From Ignavibacteriota bacterium (GTDB lineage: Bacteria; Bacteroidota; Ignavibacteria; UBA10030; UBA6906), in the NCBI GenBank assembly GCA_963843525.1, contig CAWJKM010000005.1, positions 691,660 to 755,659 of the forward strand: a stretch of 64,000 bases of DNA. The letters are read 5' to 3'. Under the pieces are notes generated by a model that made no database searches, had not been told where the DNA came from, and saw only the letters and a list, made by a program, of their open reading frames with translations. The translations under genes and the position numbers were made by a program. Of the stretch, positions 27,781 to 37,190 are shown in pieces. The first letter of the stretch is position 1; each line of letters opens with the position of its first letter.

Positions 27781-28626
27781 CTATCCCGCGAATTGCTTTT
27801 TTTCTTCTTCGCTCAACACTTCATTCATCGCTCCCGTCCTGTACCCCTTCAGGTCCATCGTTACGTAAATGAAACCGAGCGCTTTCAACGCGGCGACAAG
27901 CGACTCCCGGAGTTTCGGGTCAAGCAATTTCCCCATATCCTCGGTTGCGACTTCGATGCGGGCGGTATGTTCGTCATGGAACCGGACGCGGAATCTCCGG
28001 AAGCCCGCATCGCGAAGAAAGGTCTCGGCGTGATCGATCTTGGTGAGGTTCTCGGTCGTGATTCCCGTGCCGTAGGGGAACCGGGAGGAAAGACAGGCGA
28101 AGGAAGGCTTGTCCCAGGTCGGGAGCCCGAGCTCTTGTGAGAGAGCCCGCACATCGTCTTTCGTCATCTCCGCCTCCAGGAGCGGGGAGCGGACTTGTTT
28201 CTCGGCTTTTGCGCGCATCCCCGGACGGAAGTCACCCACATCATCGAGTATAGTCCCGTCGGCAATCCACGCAATCCCTTCACGGTCCGCGATCTCCTGC
28301 AACTTGCCGAAGAGTTCCGTCTTGCAGTAGTAGCACCGGTCGGGGGGGTTCTCCCGGAATTTCAAATCGTCGGTCTCTTCGGTGTTCACGACCGTGTACC
28401 GCACGCCGATGCGCCCAGCCAGTGCGACTGCCTCTTCGAACTCTCTCGTCGGATAAGTTTTCGATCGTCCGATCATCGCAAGAGCGTTTGCGCCGAGGAC
28501 GTCAGCGGCCACCTTCACCAGCAGCGTGCTATCGACCCCACCGGAGTACCCGATGGCAACGCTTCCCATCGATGTAAGGATGGATTGCAGGATGCGAAGT
28601 TTCTTCTCTCTCTCGGGACTCATCAT
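27781..28626 (-). CDS. larE: ATP-dependent sulfur transferase LarE (PP-loop)
   Basis: SGGVDS PP-loop, 'NPPDRCYYCK', 'RPG..A', 'SPL', 'WDKPSFACLSSRFPYG' and 'GY..G.MN'. Confidence 0.92.
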   Translation of the reverse strand: MMSPEREKKLRILQSILTSMGSVAIGYSGGVDSTLLVKVAADVLGANALAMIGRSKTYPTREFEEAVALAGRIGVRYTVVNTEETDDLKFRENPPDRCYYCKTELFGKLQEIADREGIAWIADGTILDDVGDFRPGMRAKAEKQVRSPLLEAEMTKDDVRALSQELGLPTWDKPSFACLSSRFPYGTGITTENLTKIDHAETFLRDAGFRRFRVRFHDEHTARIEVATEDMGKLLDPKLRESLVAALKALGFIYVTMDLKGYRTGAMNEVLSEEEKKQFAG

Positions 28627-28681
28627 TTGGTAGTTCTTGCCCTGGTTTATCTCTCTGCCACCCCCACGACGTTCGCCGGAC

Positions 28682-28710
28682 AAAAAAACGCCACAGGGGA
28701 TCGTGGCGTT
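28682..28710 (-). terminator. Intrinsic terminator after the TPR gene
   Basis: AACGCCAC / GTGGCGTT stem; the A7 run on plus reads as a U tract on minus. Confidence 0.7.
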
Positions 28711-28737
28711 GCCGTCAAGTGCGATGTTCCCTTCCCG

Positions 28738-30162
28738 TCAGCGTGGCAGGAGCGATTTGAATTCCTTCATAGACCTCGCGCCCGGGAAATCCTGCTCAAA
28801 TTCAATTCTCTTCACCGGATCGAGCTGGATGGAGCTTCGCAACGACTCGGCGGCTTCATACATCCGGTTCATCAATATCAGAGCTTTCGCCCTGCTGTAG
28901 TAACTCTCCGCCGAGTACGGATTGGCATCGACCGACCGGTCGAAGGCCTTCAGCGCCTGTTTCAGGAATCCCAGCTCAAGTAAGGTCTCTCCGTAGTCGA
29001 GCCAGGCTTCAAAGTTTTCCGGTTCAAGCTTTGTGACCATCCGATAGCTGAGCAACGATTCTCTGACCCGTCCCATATTATAGAGCAGGTCGGCTTTCGC
29101 ATACCAGAGTTCGGGATAGTCCCGGCAGAGCGTGAGCGCCCGGTTGTAATCGCTCAGGGCTTTGCGGTATTGTTCCAGCGAATCGTAACAGCTTCCCCTT
29201 CCGAAACACGATTCGTAATGGCCGGGATCGTATTTGAGAGCCTCGGAAAACGCCGCGATGGCCTCTTCGTACTCGCCGAGCTCTTCATAGGCATTGCCGA
29301 GGTTGTGCCATGCCGGAACATCGCGCGGCTCAAGGTGGAGCGTCTCTTTGTAGCAGCCGATCGCATCGTGGAGCCTGCCGAGGTTGGCAAGGGCGTTCCC
29401 CTTGTTGTACCAGGCGGCCGCGAAGTCCTTGTGAATCGCGATCGCCATGTCGTAACTCTCGATCGCCCGGTGGGGCTGCATCATCCGGTTCAGAACGATT
29501 CCCCGATTATACCAGGCGTTATGATTATAGGGATCGAGACCCAGGTGTGCTTCGTAACAGCGGAACGAATCCTCCGGACGGTCCATATAGTCATAGCAGT
29601 AGCCGATCTCGTACCAGGCATCCTTGTGTGAGGGATCCTCCTCAAGGATGAATTTAAAAATCTGGACGGCGTCGTCGTACCTGCCTGCCTTTTCAAGGGT
29701 CACCCCCTTGTTGAAAAGGGCCTCACCGTTTCCGGGTTCAATACTCAGGGCATCATCGAAACAGGCAATGGCCTCCGCAGTCTTCCCGAGATCGTCAAGG
29801 GTAATAGCCTTGTTTACAAGGATTTCCGGGTCGGCGGGACTAATGCTCAGGGCCTTGTTGTAGCTGTCGAGGGCTTCCTCAAATTTCAAAAGATTACCGA
29901 GGATGATCCCCTTTCGCTGCCAGTTTTCAGCGCTATAGGGGACGAGGCTGAGGAGTTGATTGATGAAATGAAGCGCTTCTTCGTATTTTTCGTGGTCCAG
30001 GTAGTAGGACACAATCTCGTCAAGCGCCTCGACATTGGTAATGTCGGGCGATTTGTCTTTGAGCATGTCCTGAAAACGCTTGAGTTCCTCTTCAAACCGC
30101 TCCCGCCGGCGCTCTTCGTCCTCAGGCTCATCATCAAAGCCGCTGTAGTCCAAAATACTCAT
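28738..30162 (-). CDS. Cytoplasmic TPR-repeat protein
   Basis: About a dozen canonical TPRs ('AWYN.G..L..LG..EEAI..Y..AL...P') and an acidic N-terminus. Confidence 0.92.
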   Translation of the reverse strand: MSILDYSGFDDEPEDEERRRERFEEELKRFQDMLKDKSPDITNVEALDEIVSYYLDHEKYEEALHFINQLLSLVPYSAENWQRKGIILGNLLKFEEALDSYNKALSISPADPEILVNKAITLDDLGKTAEAIACFDDALSIEPGNGEALFNKGVTLEKAGRYDDAVQIFKFILEEDPSHKDAWYEIGYCYDYMDRPEDSFRCYEAHLGLDPYNHNAWYNRGIVLNRMMQPHRAIESYDMAIAIHKDFAAAWYNKGNALANLGRLHDAIGCYKETLHLEPRDVPAWHNLGNAYEELGEYEEAIAAFSEALKYDPGHYESCFGRGSCYDSLEQYRKALSDYNRALTLCRDYPELWYAKADLLYNMGRVRESLLSYRMVTKLEPENFEAWLDYGETLLELGFLKQALKAFDRSVDANPYSAESYYSRAKALILMNRMYEAAESLRSSIQLDPVKRIEFEQDFPGARSMKEFKSLLPR

Positions 30163-30391
30163 CGAAAAGAGTTCCCTGGCGAAATCAACTACCTTCATCC
30201 TCGAAAGCAAGAAAAAGAAAAAATGCTATGAAGTCAAGCAAGGCCCAAAGTGCCACGAATCAGATCATATTGAGCAGTTCTGGGAGACAAAAGGGAGAGA
30301 CAACTCACTGAAAAAGCCGGTCTGATCTTTCCTGGAAGCTGACGGCGCGCACTTCCACTGCAGCCATGCCTTACGATCCGCTGCAAGTGCG

Positions 30392-30420
30392 TTGATTTTC
30401 AAGGCATGAGGGCGTATATT
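30392..30420 (+). promoter_or_regulatory. sigma70-type promoter of the yggS-divIVA-punA-ileS cluster
   Basis: TTGATT, 17 bp, TATATT. Confidence 0.65.
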
Positions 30421-30436
30421 ATCCACCTTGATTGAA

Positions 30437-31135
30437 ATGATCGCCGAAAGCCTCGACAACATACGGGGAAGGATCAGCCGGGCGTGCGGGCGCGCAGGGA
30501 GAGATGCGTCAGCCGTCACTCTGGTCGCGGTGTCAAAGACCTTCCCCGCCGACTGCATTCGAGAAGCGGCCGACGCAGGGGTGGTCGACTTCGGCGAGAA
30601 CTATGTCCAGGAGCTGCTCGAGAAACACGAGGTGATCACCGGAAAAGCTCTTCGGTGGCACTTCATCGGACATCTCCAGAGGAATAAGGTCCGCTTCATC
30701 GCTCCATGGATCACCATGGTCCACGCCGTGGATGGGTTGCCACTTGCCCGGGAAATCCATGCGCGGGCAAAGGCTGAGGGACGTATCATCGACTGTCTCG
30801 TTGAAGTCAATACGACCGGCGAGGAATCGAAATTCGGCGTCCGGCCGGACCATGCGCTCCGGCTTGTCAGGGAGTTTGAGGATCTGACCTCAATCCGTGT
30901 GAACGGCTTTATGACGATTGGGCCCTTCCTCCCCGATCCTGAAGGCTCCCGGCCAATGTTCCGGCGCCTGCGGGAGCTCCGGGATGAAGCTGCGGCGTCC
31001 AACCAGGAGAATGCCCCCATGCATCACCTGTCGATGGGGATGACCGGCGACTTCGAAGTGGCCATCGAAGAAGGAGCAACGCTTGTCAGGATTGGCACAG
31101 CGATCTTCGGTGCGCGCAAACGGCGAGAAGTCTGA
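30437..31135 (+). CDS. yggS: Pyridoxal phosphate homeostasis protein (YggS/PLPBP)
   Basis: 'LVAVSKT', 'FGENYVQE', 'WHFIGHLQRNK', 'LSMGMTGDF' and 'VRIGTAIFG'. Confidence 0.97.
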   Translation: MIAESLDNIRGRISRACGRAGRDASAVTLVAVSKTFPADCIREAADAGVVDFGENYVQELLEKHEVITGKALRWHFIGHLQRNKVRFIAPWITMVHAVDGLPLAREIHARAKAEGRIIDCLVEVNTTGEESKFGVRPDHALRLVREFEDLTSIRVNGFMTIGPFLPDPEGSRPMFRRLRELRDEAAASNQENAPMHHLSMGMTGDFEVAIEEGATLVRIGTAIFGARKRREV

Positions 31136-31252
31136 AATTTCCGTTCATTGCGCATTTCAGGCGGACCGTCGGTGTGGAAGGGTACGGGACGCAGTGTACC
31201 GCGTTCCCTTGAAATGTCTCAGGTATGAACCGAGGCACCAGGAGGAAAAACG

Positions 31253-31810
31253 ATGAAACTCAGTCCGCTGGATATCCGGAAACAGCAGTTCAAAAAGCTC
31301 ATGCGAGGGTATGATCCCGTTGAGGTCGACACGTTCCTGGAGATGGTTGCCCAGGACATGGAGGAGATCCTCAAACAAATGAGGGATTCACGCGAGAAAG
31401 AGATTCATTATGAAACTCAGCTCGGCGACTACAAACAGATTGAGAAAACGCTTCAACAAACGCTGCTTCAGGCACAAGAGGTCACCGGAAAAACCTATGA
31501 ATCTGCCCGTCGCGAAGCGGAGCTGATTGTCAAGGAAGCGGAATCCCGTGCCGCCGCAATTCTCGATTCGGGAAACAGGGAACTCTCCAAACTGAGTAAC
31601 GAGATCTCGGAACTGAAAGTCCGCCGTGAGTCGCTGGTGGGGCGGCTGCGCGTTCTCCTGAGCTCGGAGCTCGATCTGCTGAAAGCAATGGATACCGGCG
31701 GAGGCGAATCGGTCGACCCGTCCCCCTCCCTGGGCTCGGGCAAGGATCACCTTGACGTTGACGCAATCATGAAATCCATCGAACATGACAGAACTGCGCA
31801 AGCACATTGA
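31253..31810 (+). CDS. divIVA: DivIVA domain protein
   Basis: '[27 protein letters not shown]' followed by a coiled coil. AGGAGG RBS. Confidence 0.92.
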   Translation: MKLSPLDIRKQQFKKLMRGYDPVEVDTFLEMVAQDMEEILKQMRDSREKEIHYETQLGDYKQIEKTLQQTLLQAQEVTGKTYESARREAELIVKEAESRAAAILDSGNRELSKLSNEISELKVRRESLVGRLRVLLSSELDLLKAMDTGGGESVDPSPSLGSGKDHLDVDAIMKSIEHDRTAQAH

Positions 31811-32606
31811 TGAATCGCTGAAGTTTCTCCGTACGCGGACCAGGATGGAGCCGAAGATCGGCATCATCCTGGGCACCGGTTTGGGGGGACTTGCGAAGGA
31901 GATCCAGGCGGAAACAGTAATCGACTACGGAGAGATTCCGCATTTTCCGCTTTCCACCGTCGAGTCGCATCACGGGAAATTGATCTTCGGGAAATTGGAA
32001 GGGAAAAACGTCGTCGCGATGCAGGGGAGGTTCCATTACTATGAAGGGTATACTCTCCAGCAGGTATCCTTCCCGGTTCGCGTCATGAAATTCCTCGGTG
32101 TTGAGACGCTTCTCATCTCGAATGCGGCGGGAGGGATGAACCCGAATTTCAGACGGGGAAGCATTATGATCATCACGGACCACATCAATCTTCTCGGTGA
32201 CAATCCGCTTATCGGGCAGAACGATGACACGCTTGGTCCGCGCTTCCCGGATATGTCGCAGCCGTATCACCGTGAGCTGATCGCACTCGCCGAGCAGGTG
32301 GCACTTGACCTCAAGATCAAGACGGAACGCGGCGTCTTCGTGGCGGTGCCCGGTCCGAATCTCGAAACACGGGCCGAGTACAGATTCCTTCGTTTCATCG
32401 GCGCGGATGCCGTCGGGATGTCGACCGTTCCGGAAGACATTGTCGCGAATCACATGGGGATCAGAGTCCTCGGTTTCTCGATTATCACCGATGAATGTTT
32501 CCCGGATTCTTTGCAGCCGGCCAATGTCGATGAGATCATCGCCGTGGCAAATGCGACGGAACCGAAGCTGACGGCGATTATGAGAGCGGTGGTGGAGAAG
32601 GTTTGA
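31785..32606 (+). CDS. punA: Purine-nucleoside phosphorylase (trimeric family)
   Basis: 'IILGTGLG', 'QGRFHYYEG', 'SNAAGG', 'DHINL', 'GPRFPDMS', 'GPNLET.AE' and 'VGMSTVPE'. Confidence 0.96.
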   Translation: MTELRKHIDESLKFLRTRTRMEPKIGIILGTGLGGLAKEIQAETVIDYGEIPHFPLSTVESHHGKLIFGKLEGKNVVAMQGRFHYYEGYTLQQVSFPVRVMKFLGVETLLISNAAGGMNPNFRRGSIMIITDHINLLGDNPLIGQNDDTLGPRFPDMSQPYHRELIALAEQVALDLKIKTERGVFVAVPGPNLETRAEYRFLRFIGADAVGMSTVPEDIVANHMGIRVLGFSIITDECFPDSLQPANVDEIIAVANATEPKLTAIMRAVVEKV

Positions 32607-32613
32607 AAAGCCG

Positions 32614-32711
32614 AAAACAGTGGACAGTAGACAGTAGACAGTGGACAGTAGACAGTGGACAGTAGACAGTAAACAGTGGACAGCGGACAGTGCACAGTAA
32701 AGAGTGCACAG
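32614..32711 (+). repeat. Heptamer tandem array, 14 units of consensus T(A/G)GACAG
   Basis: AAAACAG TGGACAG TAGACAG TAGACAG TGGACAG TAGACAG TGGACAG TAGACAG TAAACAG TGGACAG CGGACAG TGCACAG TAAAGAG TGCACAG. Confidence 0.95.
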
Positions 32712-32723
32712 CATCCGATTTCT

Positions 32724-32765
32724 TCTTACTTCCTACGTCTTACGTCCTACTTCCCACTTTTTACT
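32724..32765 (+). repeat. Pyrimidine-rich heptamer array, 6 units of TC(C/T)TAC(T/G)
   Basis: TCTTACT TCCTACG TCTTACG TCCTACT TCCCACT TTTTACT. Confidence 0.8.
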
Positions 32766-32793
32766 CTGGGTAATTTCTAATTTGAGAAAGTAG

Positions 32794-35700
32794 ATGGCGT
32801 TTAAGGAACTTACCGACAAGCTGTCGTACCCTTCCATGGAGAAAGAAATCCTCCGCTTCTGGAAGGAACATGACATATTCTCGAAAAGCATAACCAGCAG
32901 GGAGGGAAAGCCGGGGTTTACCTTCTATGAGGGTCCGCCGACGGCGAATGGCCGTCCCGGGATCCACCACGTCATGGCGCGGACTCTGAAAGACCTGGTC
33001 TGCCGGTACAAGACGATGAAAGGATTCCAGGTCCACCGGAAAGCCGGGTGGGACACCCACGGACTCCCTGTCGAAATCGAAGTCGAGAAGCAGCTCGGCT
33101 TCAAGCACAAAGACGACATCGTGAAGTACGGCGTGGCCGAGTTCAACGCGAAATGCCGCGAGTCGGTGTGGAAGTACAAGGCCGACTGGGAAAAGATGAC
33201 CGAGGAGATGGGATACTGGGTCGATCTCCGTCACCCCTACGTGACATTCGAGAACGACTATATCGAATCGATCTGGTGGGCACTGAAAAGGTTTTACGAC
33301 GAAGGGATGATGTACAAGGGGTACAAGATCCAACCGTACTGCCCGCGCTGTGAAACCCCGCTCTCGTCCCATGAAGTCTCGCTCGGCTACCAGGATGTGA
33401 AAGACCAGAGCGTCTACGTGAGAATGCGGCTGAAGGACGACCCCGCCACGTCGTTTCTGGTCTGGACGACCACTCCATGGACGCTGATTTCGAACGTCGC
33501 TCTGGCGGTGGGGCCGGATGTCGACTATGTGAAGGTTTCCCAAAACGGGGAGAACCTGATTCTCGCAGAAGCACGCCTGTCCGTGCTCGAAGGCGAGTAC
33601 ACCGTCGCTCAGCGGTATAAAGGATCCGATCTTGCGGGCAGGGAGTACGAAAGGCTCTATTCCTACCACCCGGTTGACAAAAAGGCTTTCTATGTTGTCA
33701 CGACCGATTTCGTGACCATCCAGGACGGTACCGGTATCGTCCACATGGCACCTGCCTACGGCGAGGATGATTATCAGGCCGGACAGAAATACGACCTTCC
33801 GACCATTCACCCGGTGAACAAGAGCGGTGAATTCGGGGCCGACGTCCCTGATTTTCAGGGGAAGTTTGTCAAAGATGCCGATCATGACATCATCCGGGAC
33901 CTGAAAGCCCGGAAGATCCTCTATAAGAAAGAGACCATCACCCACAGTTATCCGCACTGCTGGCGATGCAACACACCGTTGCTCTACTATGCCCGCGAAT
34001 CCTGGTACATCCGGACCACGAGCTTCGCCAAAAGGATGATCGAGCTCAATAGAACCATCAATTGGGTGCCGCCCGAAATGGGGGAAGGGCGCTTCGGCAA
34101 CTGGCTCGAGGAAAACAAGGACTGGGCGCTTTCCCGGGACCGGTTTTGGGGGACACCGCTCCCCGTTTGGATCTGTGATGAGTGCGGGAAGCAGAAATGC
34201 GTCGGGAGCATCGCGGAGTTGAAGGAAGGCAGCAACGTTTCCGAGCCGATCGATCTGCACAAGCCGTATGTCGACGGGGTGACGTTTCCCTGCACCTGTG
34301 GCGGAACCATGAAGCGGGTGCCGGAGTTGATCGACGTCTGGTTCGATTCCGGTGCGATGCCGTTCGCTCAATGGCATTATCCCTTCGAGAACAGGGAACG
34401 GATAGAATCCGGCGAACAGTACCCTGCGGATTTCATCTGCGAAGGGATCGATCAGACGCGCGGCTGGTTCTACTCGCTCCACGCGATCGGGACGTTCCTG
34501 TTCGATAAGCCGGCGTACATGACCGTGATGGTCAACGAATTGATCCTGGACAAAGACGGCCAGAAAATGTCGAAGTCGAAGGGGAACACGGTGAACCCAT
34601 TCACCGTGATGACCCGCTTCGGGGCCGATACGACGCGGTGGTATTTGGTGACGACGAGCCCCCCGTGGCGCCCCACGAGTTTCGACGAGGAAGGCATGGT
34701 GGATGTTCAGCGGAAGTTCTTCGGAACTCTTGTGAACACCTACGCGTTCTTTGCGCTATACGCCAACATCGACGGGTTCACCTATGCCGAGCCGCGGATT
34801 CCTGTGGCCGAACGGCCGGAGATCGACCGGTGGATCGTCTCGGAGCTTCAGTCGCTCCTGCGGCGCTATACGGGATATATGGAAGCGTACGACGTCACCA
34901 AAGCGGCGCGGAGCGTCAGCGATTTCACCATCGACCAGCTGTCGAACTGGTATGTGCGGCGGAACCGCCGCCGCTTCTGGAAGAGCGAAAAGGGGAAGGA
35001 CAAAACGGCCGCGAACCAGACGTTGTATGAATGCCTCGACGTAATCGCAAAGATGACCGCCCCGTTTGCACCGTTCCTTGCCGAGGAACTTCACCGGAAC
35101 CTGAACGAGGTCACGCATCTGGACCCCGCCGAGTCGGTGCATCTTTCCATGATGCCGGCGGTGGACCCGTCGATCATCAATCCCGAGCTCGAAGAGCGGA
35201 TGGAGCGGGCGGAGAAGATCGTGATGCTGGTGCGTGCGATGCGCATGAAGTCGAATCTCAAAGTACGACAACCTTTGCGGCGCATCATTCTCCCCATCGC
35301 GGATGAGCATGAGCGCGAAGAGATCCGGCGGATGCAACGCGTGATCCTCGACGAAATTAATGTGAAGGCAATCGAGTACGTCACAGACGAATCGGGTCTC
35401 GTGCGGAAGAAGGCCAGGCCCAATTTCAAATCCCTGGGTCCGAAATTCGGCAAGTCGGTGCAGGCCGTTGCGGCGCGCATCAAGGAAATGTCATCGGCAG
35501 AGATCGCCGATCTTGAGGCGCTGGGGAATTTAGTCCTGGAAACGGCCGGTCAGCCGCGGACGATCGCCAGAGAGGATGTGGAGATCGTCCGGGAAGACAT
35601 CCAGGGATGGCTTGTCGAATCGGACGGGGTGCTGACTGTCGCTCTTGACACTACGCTCGACAATGAGCTCATTGCAGAGGGAGCGGCGCGGGAATTTGTC

Positions 35701-35937
35701 AATCGCCTCCAGAATATGCGTAAAGAGGCCGGTTTTGCAGTCACCGACAGGATCGGTATCTTCTGCGAAGCCCCTTCCGACATGCAGGCGATGCTGGAAA
35801 AAATGCGTTCATATATTCAATCCGAGACACTGGCTACAGAACTCACGTTTGCTTTTCAGGACGGCGAATTTGCCTCCACGGTGGACCTCAATGGTGTCTC
35901 AGTCCGCGTGGGGATTGAACGGCGTCCTCAAGCATAA
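32794..35937 (+). CDS. ileS: Isoleucine--tRNA ligase, type 2 (IleRS2)
   Basis: 'EGPPTANG.PGIHH', 'GWDTHGLP.E', 'WTTTPWTL', 'GTGIVH.AP', 'DW..SR.R.WGTP', 'EG.DQTRGWF' and KMSKS, with a long type-2 C-terminus. Confidence 0.98.
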   Translation: MAFKELTDKLSYPSMEKEILRFWKEHDIFSKSITSREGKPGFTFYEGPPTANGRPGIHHVMARTLKDLVCRYKTMKGFQVHRKAGWDTHGLPVEIEVEKQLGFKHKDDIVKYGVAEFNAKCRESVWKYKADWEKMTEEMGYWVDLRHPYVTFENDYIESIWWALKRFYDEGMMYKGYKIQPYCPRCETPLSSHEVSLGYQDVKDQSVYVRMRLKDDPATSFLVWTTTPWTLISNVALAVGPDVDYVKVSQNGENLILAEARLSVLEGEYTVAQRYKGSDLAGREYERLYSYHPVDKKAFYVVTTDFVTIQDGTGIVHMAPAYGEDDYQAGQKYDLPTIHPVNKSGEFGADVPDFQGKFVKDADHDIIRDLKARKILYKKETITHSYPHCWRCNTPLLYYARESWYIRTTSFAKRMIELNRTINWVPPEMGEGRFGNWLEENKDWALSRDRFWGTPLPVWICDECGKQKCVGSIAELKEGSNVSEPIDLHKPYVDGVTFPCTCGGTMKRVPELIDVWFDSGAMPFAQWHYPFENRERIESGEQYPADFICEGIDQTRGWFYSLHAIGTFLFDKPAYMTVMVNELILDKDGQKMSKSKGNTVNPFTVMTRFGADTTRWYLVTTSPPWRPTSFDEEGMVDVQRKFFGTLVNTYAFFALYANIDGFTYAEPRIPVAERPEIDRWIVSELQSLLRRYTGYMEAYDVTKAARSVSDFTIDQLSNWYVRRNRRRFWKSEKGKDKTAANQTLYECLDVIAKMTAPFAPFLAEELHRNLNEVTHLDPAESVHLSMMPAVDPSIINPELEERMERAEKIVMLVRAMRMKSNLKVRQPLRRIILPIADEHEREEIRRMQRVILDEINVKAIEYVTDESGLVRKKARPNFKSLGPKFGKSVQAVAARIKEMSSAEIADLEALGNLVLETAGQPRTIAREDVEIVREDIQGWLVESDGVLTVALDTTLDNELIAEGAAREFVNRLQNMRKEAGFAVTDRIGIFCEAPSDMQAMLEKMRSYIQSETLATELTFAFQDGEFASTVDLNGVSVRVGIERRPQA

Positions 35938-35963
35938 CCCATTCAGAGGAGCGAAGAAGATCC

Positions 35964-36560
35964 ATGGCGACAAAGGGAAGCCGGACCGGGGGGAAGAAAA
36001 CCACCCCGTCCAAAAAACGACCCGCCTCCCGCGTCAAGAAGACGGCGAAATCCACGGCCGTGCAGGCGAGGAGCTCGGCGGCCGGCGGCGCGAAAAGCAA
36101 GAAGACGGCTCCCGTGAAGAAGACGGGACCGGAACGAAGAGAACCGACGGTGTATTCCGATACGGATTTGAAGACGTTCAGAGAAGAGATCCTTGCCAAG
36201 CGGAAGGAAACGCTCGACGAGCTCGACACGCTGAAGGAGAGCATGATGGATGTGACCACCGGCGAATATGTCAGCGAGAGTTCAAACTACTCGCTGCACA
36301 TGGAGCAGGGCACCGACGCGATGGAACGGGAGAAGACGTTTCTCTTTGCTTCGCGCAGCAGCAAATATGTGAACCAGCTCGATGATGCGCTTGCCCGTAT
36401 CGATGCCAAGACCTACGGGGTCTGTCGCATCTGCGGTCTTCTGGTCCCCAAGGCGCGTCTCGAAGCGGTCCCGACGGCCCAGACATGCGCCGAATACAAG
36501 AACACCGGAAATCCCTGCGAACGCGGCAGGCTGGCTCTCGCAAAGAAAAAGGGAGTGTAA
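35964..36560 (+). CDS. TraR/DksA family transcription factor with Lys-rich N-terminal extension
   Basis: Coiled coil with 'GTDAMERE', then 'AL.RI...TYG.C..CG....ARLEAVP.A..C'. Confidence 0.9.
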   Translation: MATKGSRTGGKKTTPSKKRPASRVKKTAKSTAVQARSSAAGGAKSKKTAPVKKTGPERREPTVYSDTDLKTFREEILAKRKETLDELDTLKESMMDVTTGEYVSESSNYSLHMEQGTDAMEREKTFLFASRSSKYVNQLDDALARIDAKTYGVCRICGLLVPKARLEAVPTAQTCAEYKNTGNPCERGRLALAKKKGV

Positions 36561-36563
36561 CGC

Positions 36564-37175
36564 GTGCGCGTCCTCCTGATGACACTGGGAATCGTCATTT
36601 CCGATCAGTGCGCAAAGCTGCTGGTGCGCGGGATCGCCGTTCCTTCACTCGGCATCGCCTGGCCGGGTCTCCCGTACGGGATCAGCCGCCAGGTCATGGG
36701 AGATTTTCTCCGGTTGACGTACGTCGAAAATCCCGGGATGGCCTTCGGCATCGATGTCGGTGGGAAACCGTTGTTTGCCCTGATTTCCATTGTGGCAAGC
36801 GCCGCCATCCTTTTCTATCTCTACAAAGTCCGCCGCGAACGGCTGGGCTTCCGCATTGCCCTGGCAATGATCCTCGGGGGAGCAGTCGGAAATCTCGTCG
36901 ACCGCGTATTCTACGGCGTGTTGTTCGATCATGCCCCGCTGTTCTACGGGAAGGTCGTCGATTTTATCGACGTTGACTTCTTCAATATCAACCTTGGGTT
37001 CTACCATTTTCACCGGTGGCCGGTCTTTAACATTGCAGACGCCTGCGTGACCGTCGGTGTTATCCTGGTTTTCTTCTTTCATCGGACGGCGGTGGCAACC
37101 AGCGGACAGGTCGTCGGGGATGCCGTCGCGTCAACGCCAGCGGGCACGCACGAAGCACCGGTGAGCAAACACTGA
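36564..37175 (+). CDS. lspA: Lipoprotein signal peptidase II
   Basis: 'DQ..K', 'ENPGMAFG', 'GGAVGNLVDR', 'VVDFI' and 'PVFNIAD'. Confidence 0.97.
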   Translation: MRVLLMTLGIVISDQCAKLLVRGIAVPSLGIAWPGLPYGISRQVMGDFLRLTYVENPGMAFGIDVGGKPLFALISIVASAAILFYLYKVRRERLGFRIALAMILGGAVGNLVDRVFYGVLFDHAPLFYGKVVDFIDVDFFNINLGFYHFHRWPVFNIADACVTVGVILVFFFHRTAVATSGQVVGDAVASTPAGTHEAPVSKH

Positions 37176-37190
37176 CTCCTCCGGGTTCGC

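Noticed and set aside
31253-31810. DivIVA in an LPS-bearing diderm
   Set aside because: DivIVA-domain genes next to yggS occur in several diderm lineages, so this is not treated as novel.
31767-32714. Minus-strand ORFs with LSTVYCL-type repeats
   Set aside because: These are translations of the heptamer array running antisense through punA, not credible proteins.
32614-32765. Possible CRISPR array or T-box leader before ileS
   Set aside because: The units are contiguous 7-mers with no unique spacers and no cas genes are present. No T-box consensus (AAGGTGGNACC) or terminator is visible.
32761-34482. Long antisense ORFs (also 40596-41840, 61591-62673, 6443-7663, 24365-25375, 50743-51786)
   Set aside because: They are shadow ORFs opposite well-supported genes in GC-rich DNA and carry no recognisable motifs.
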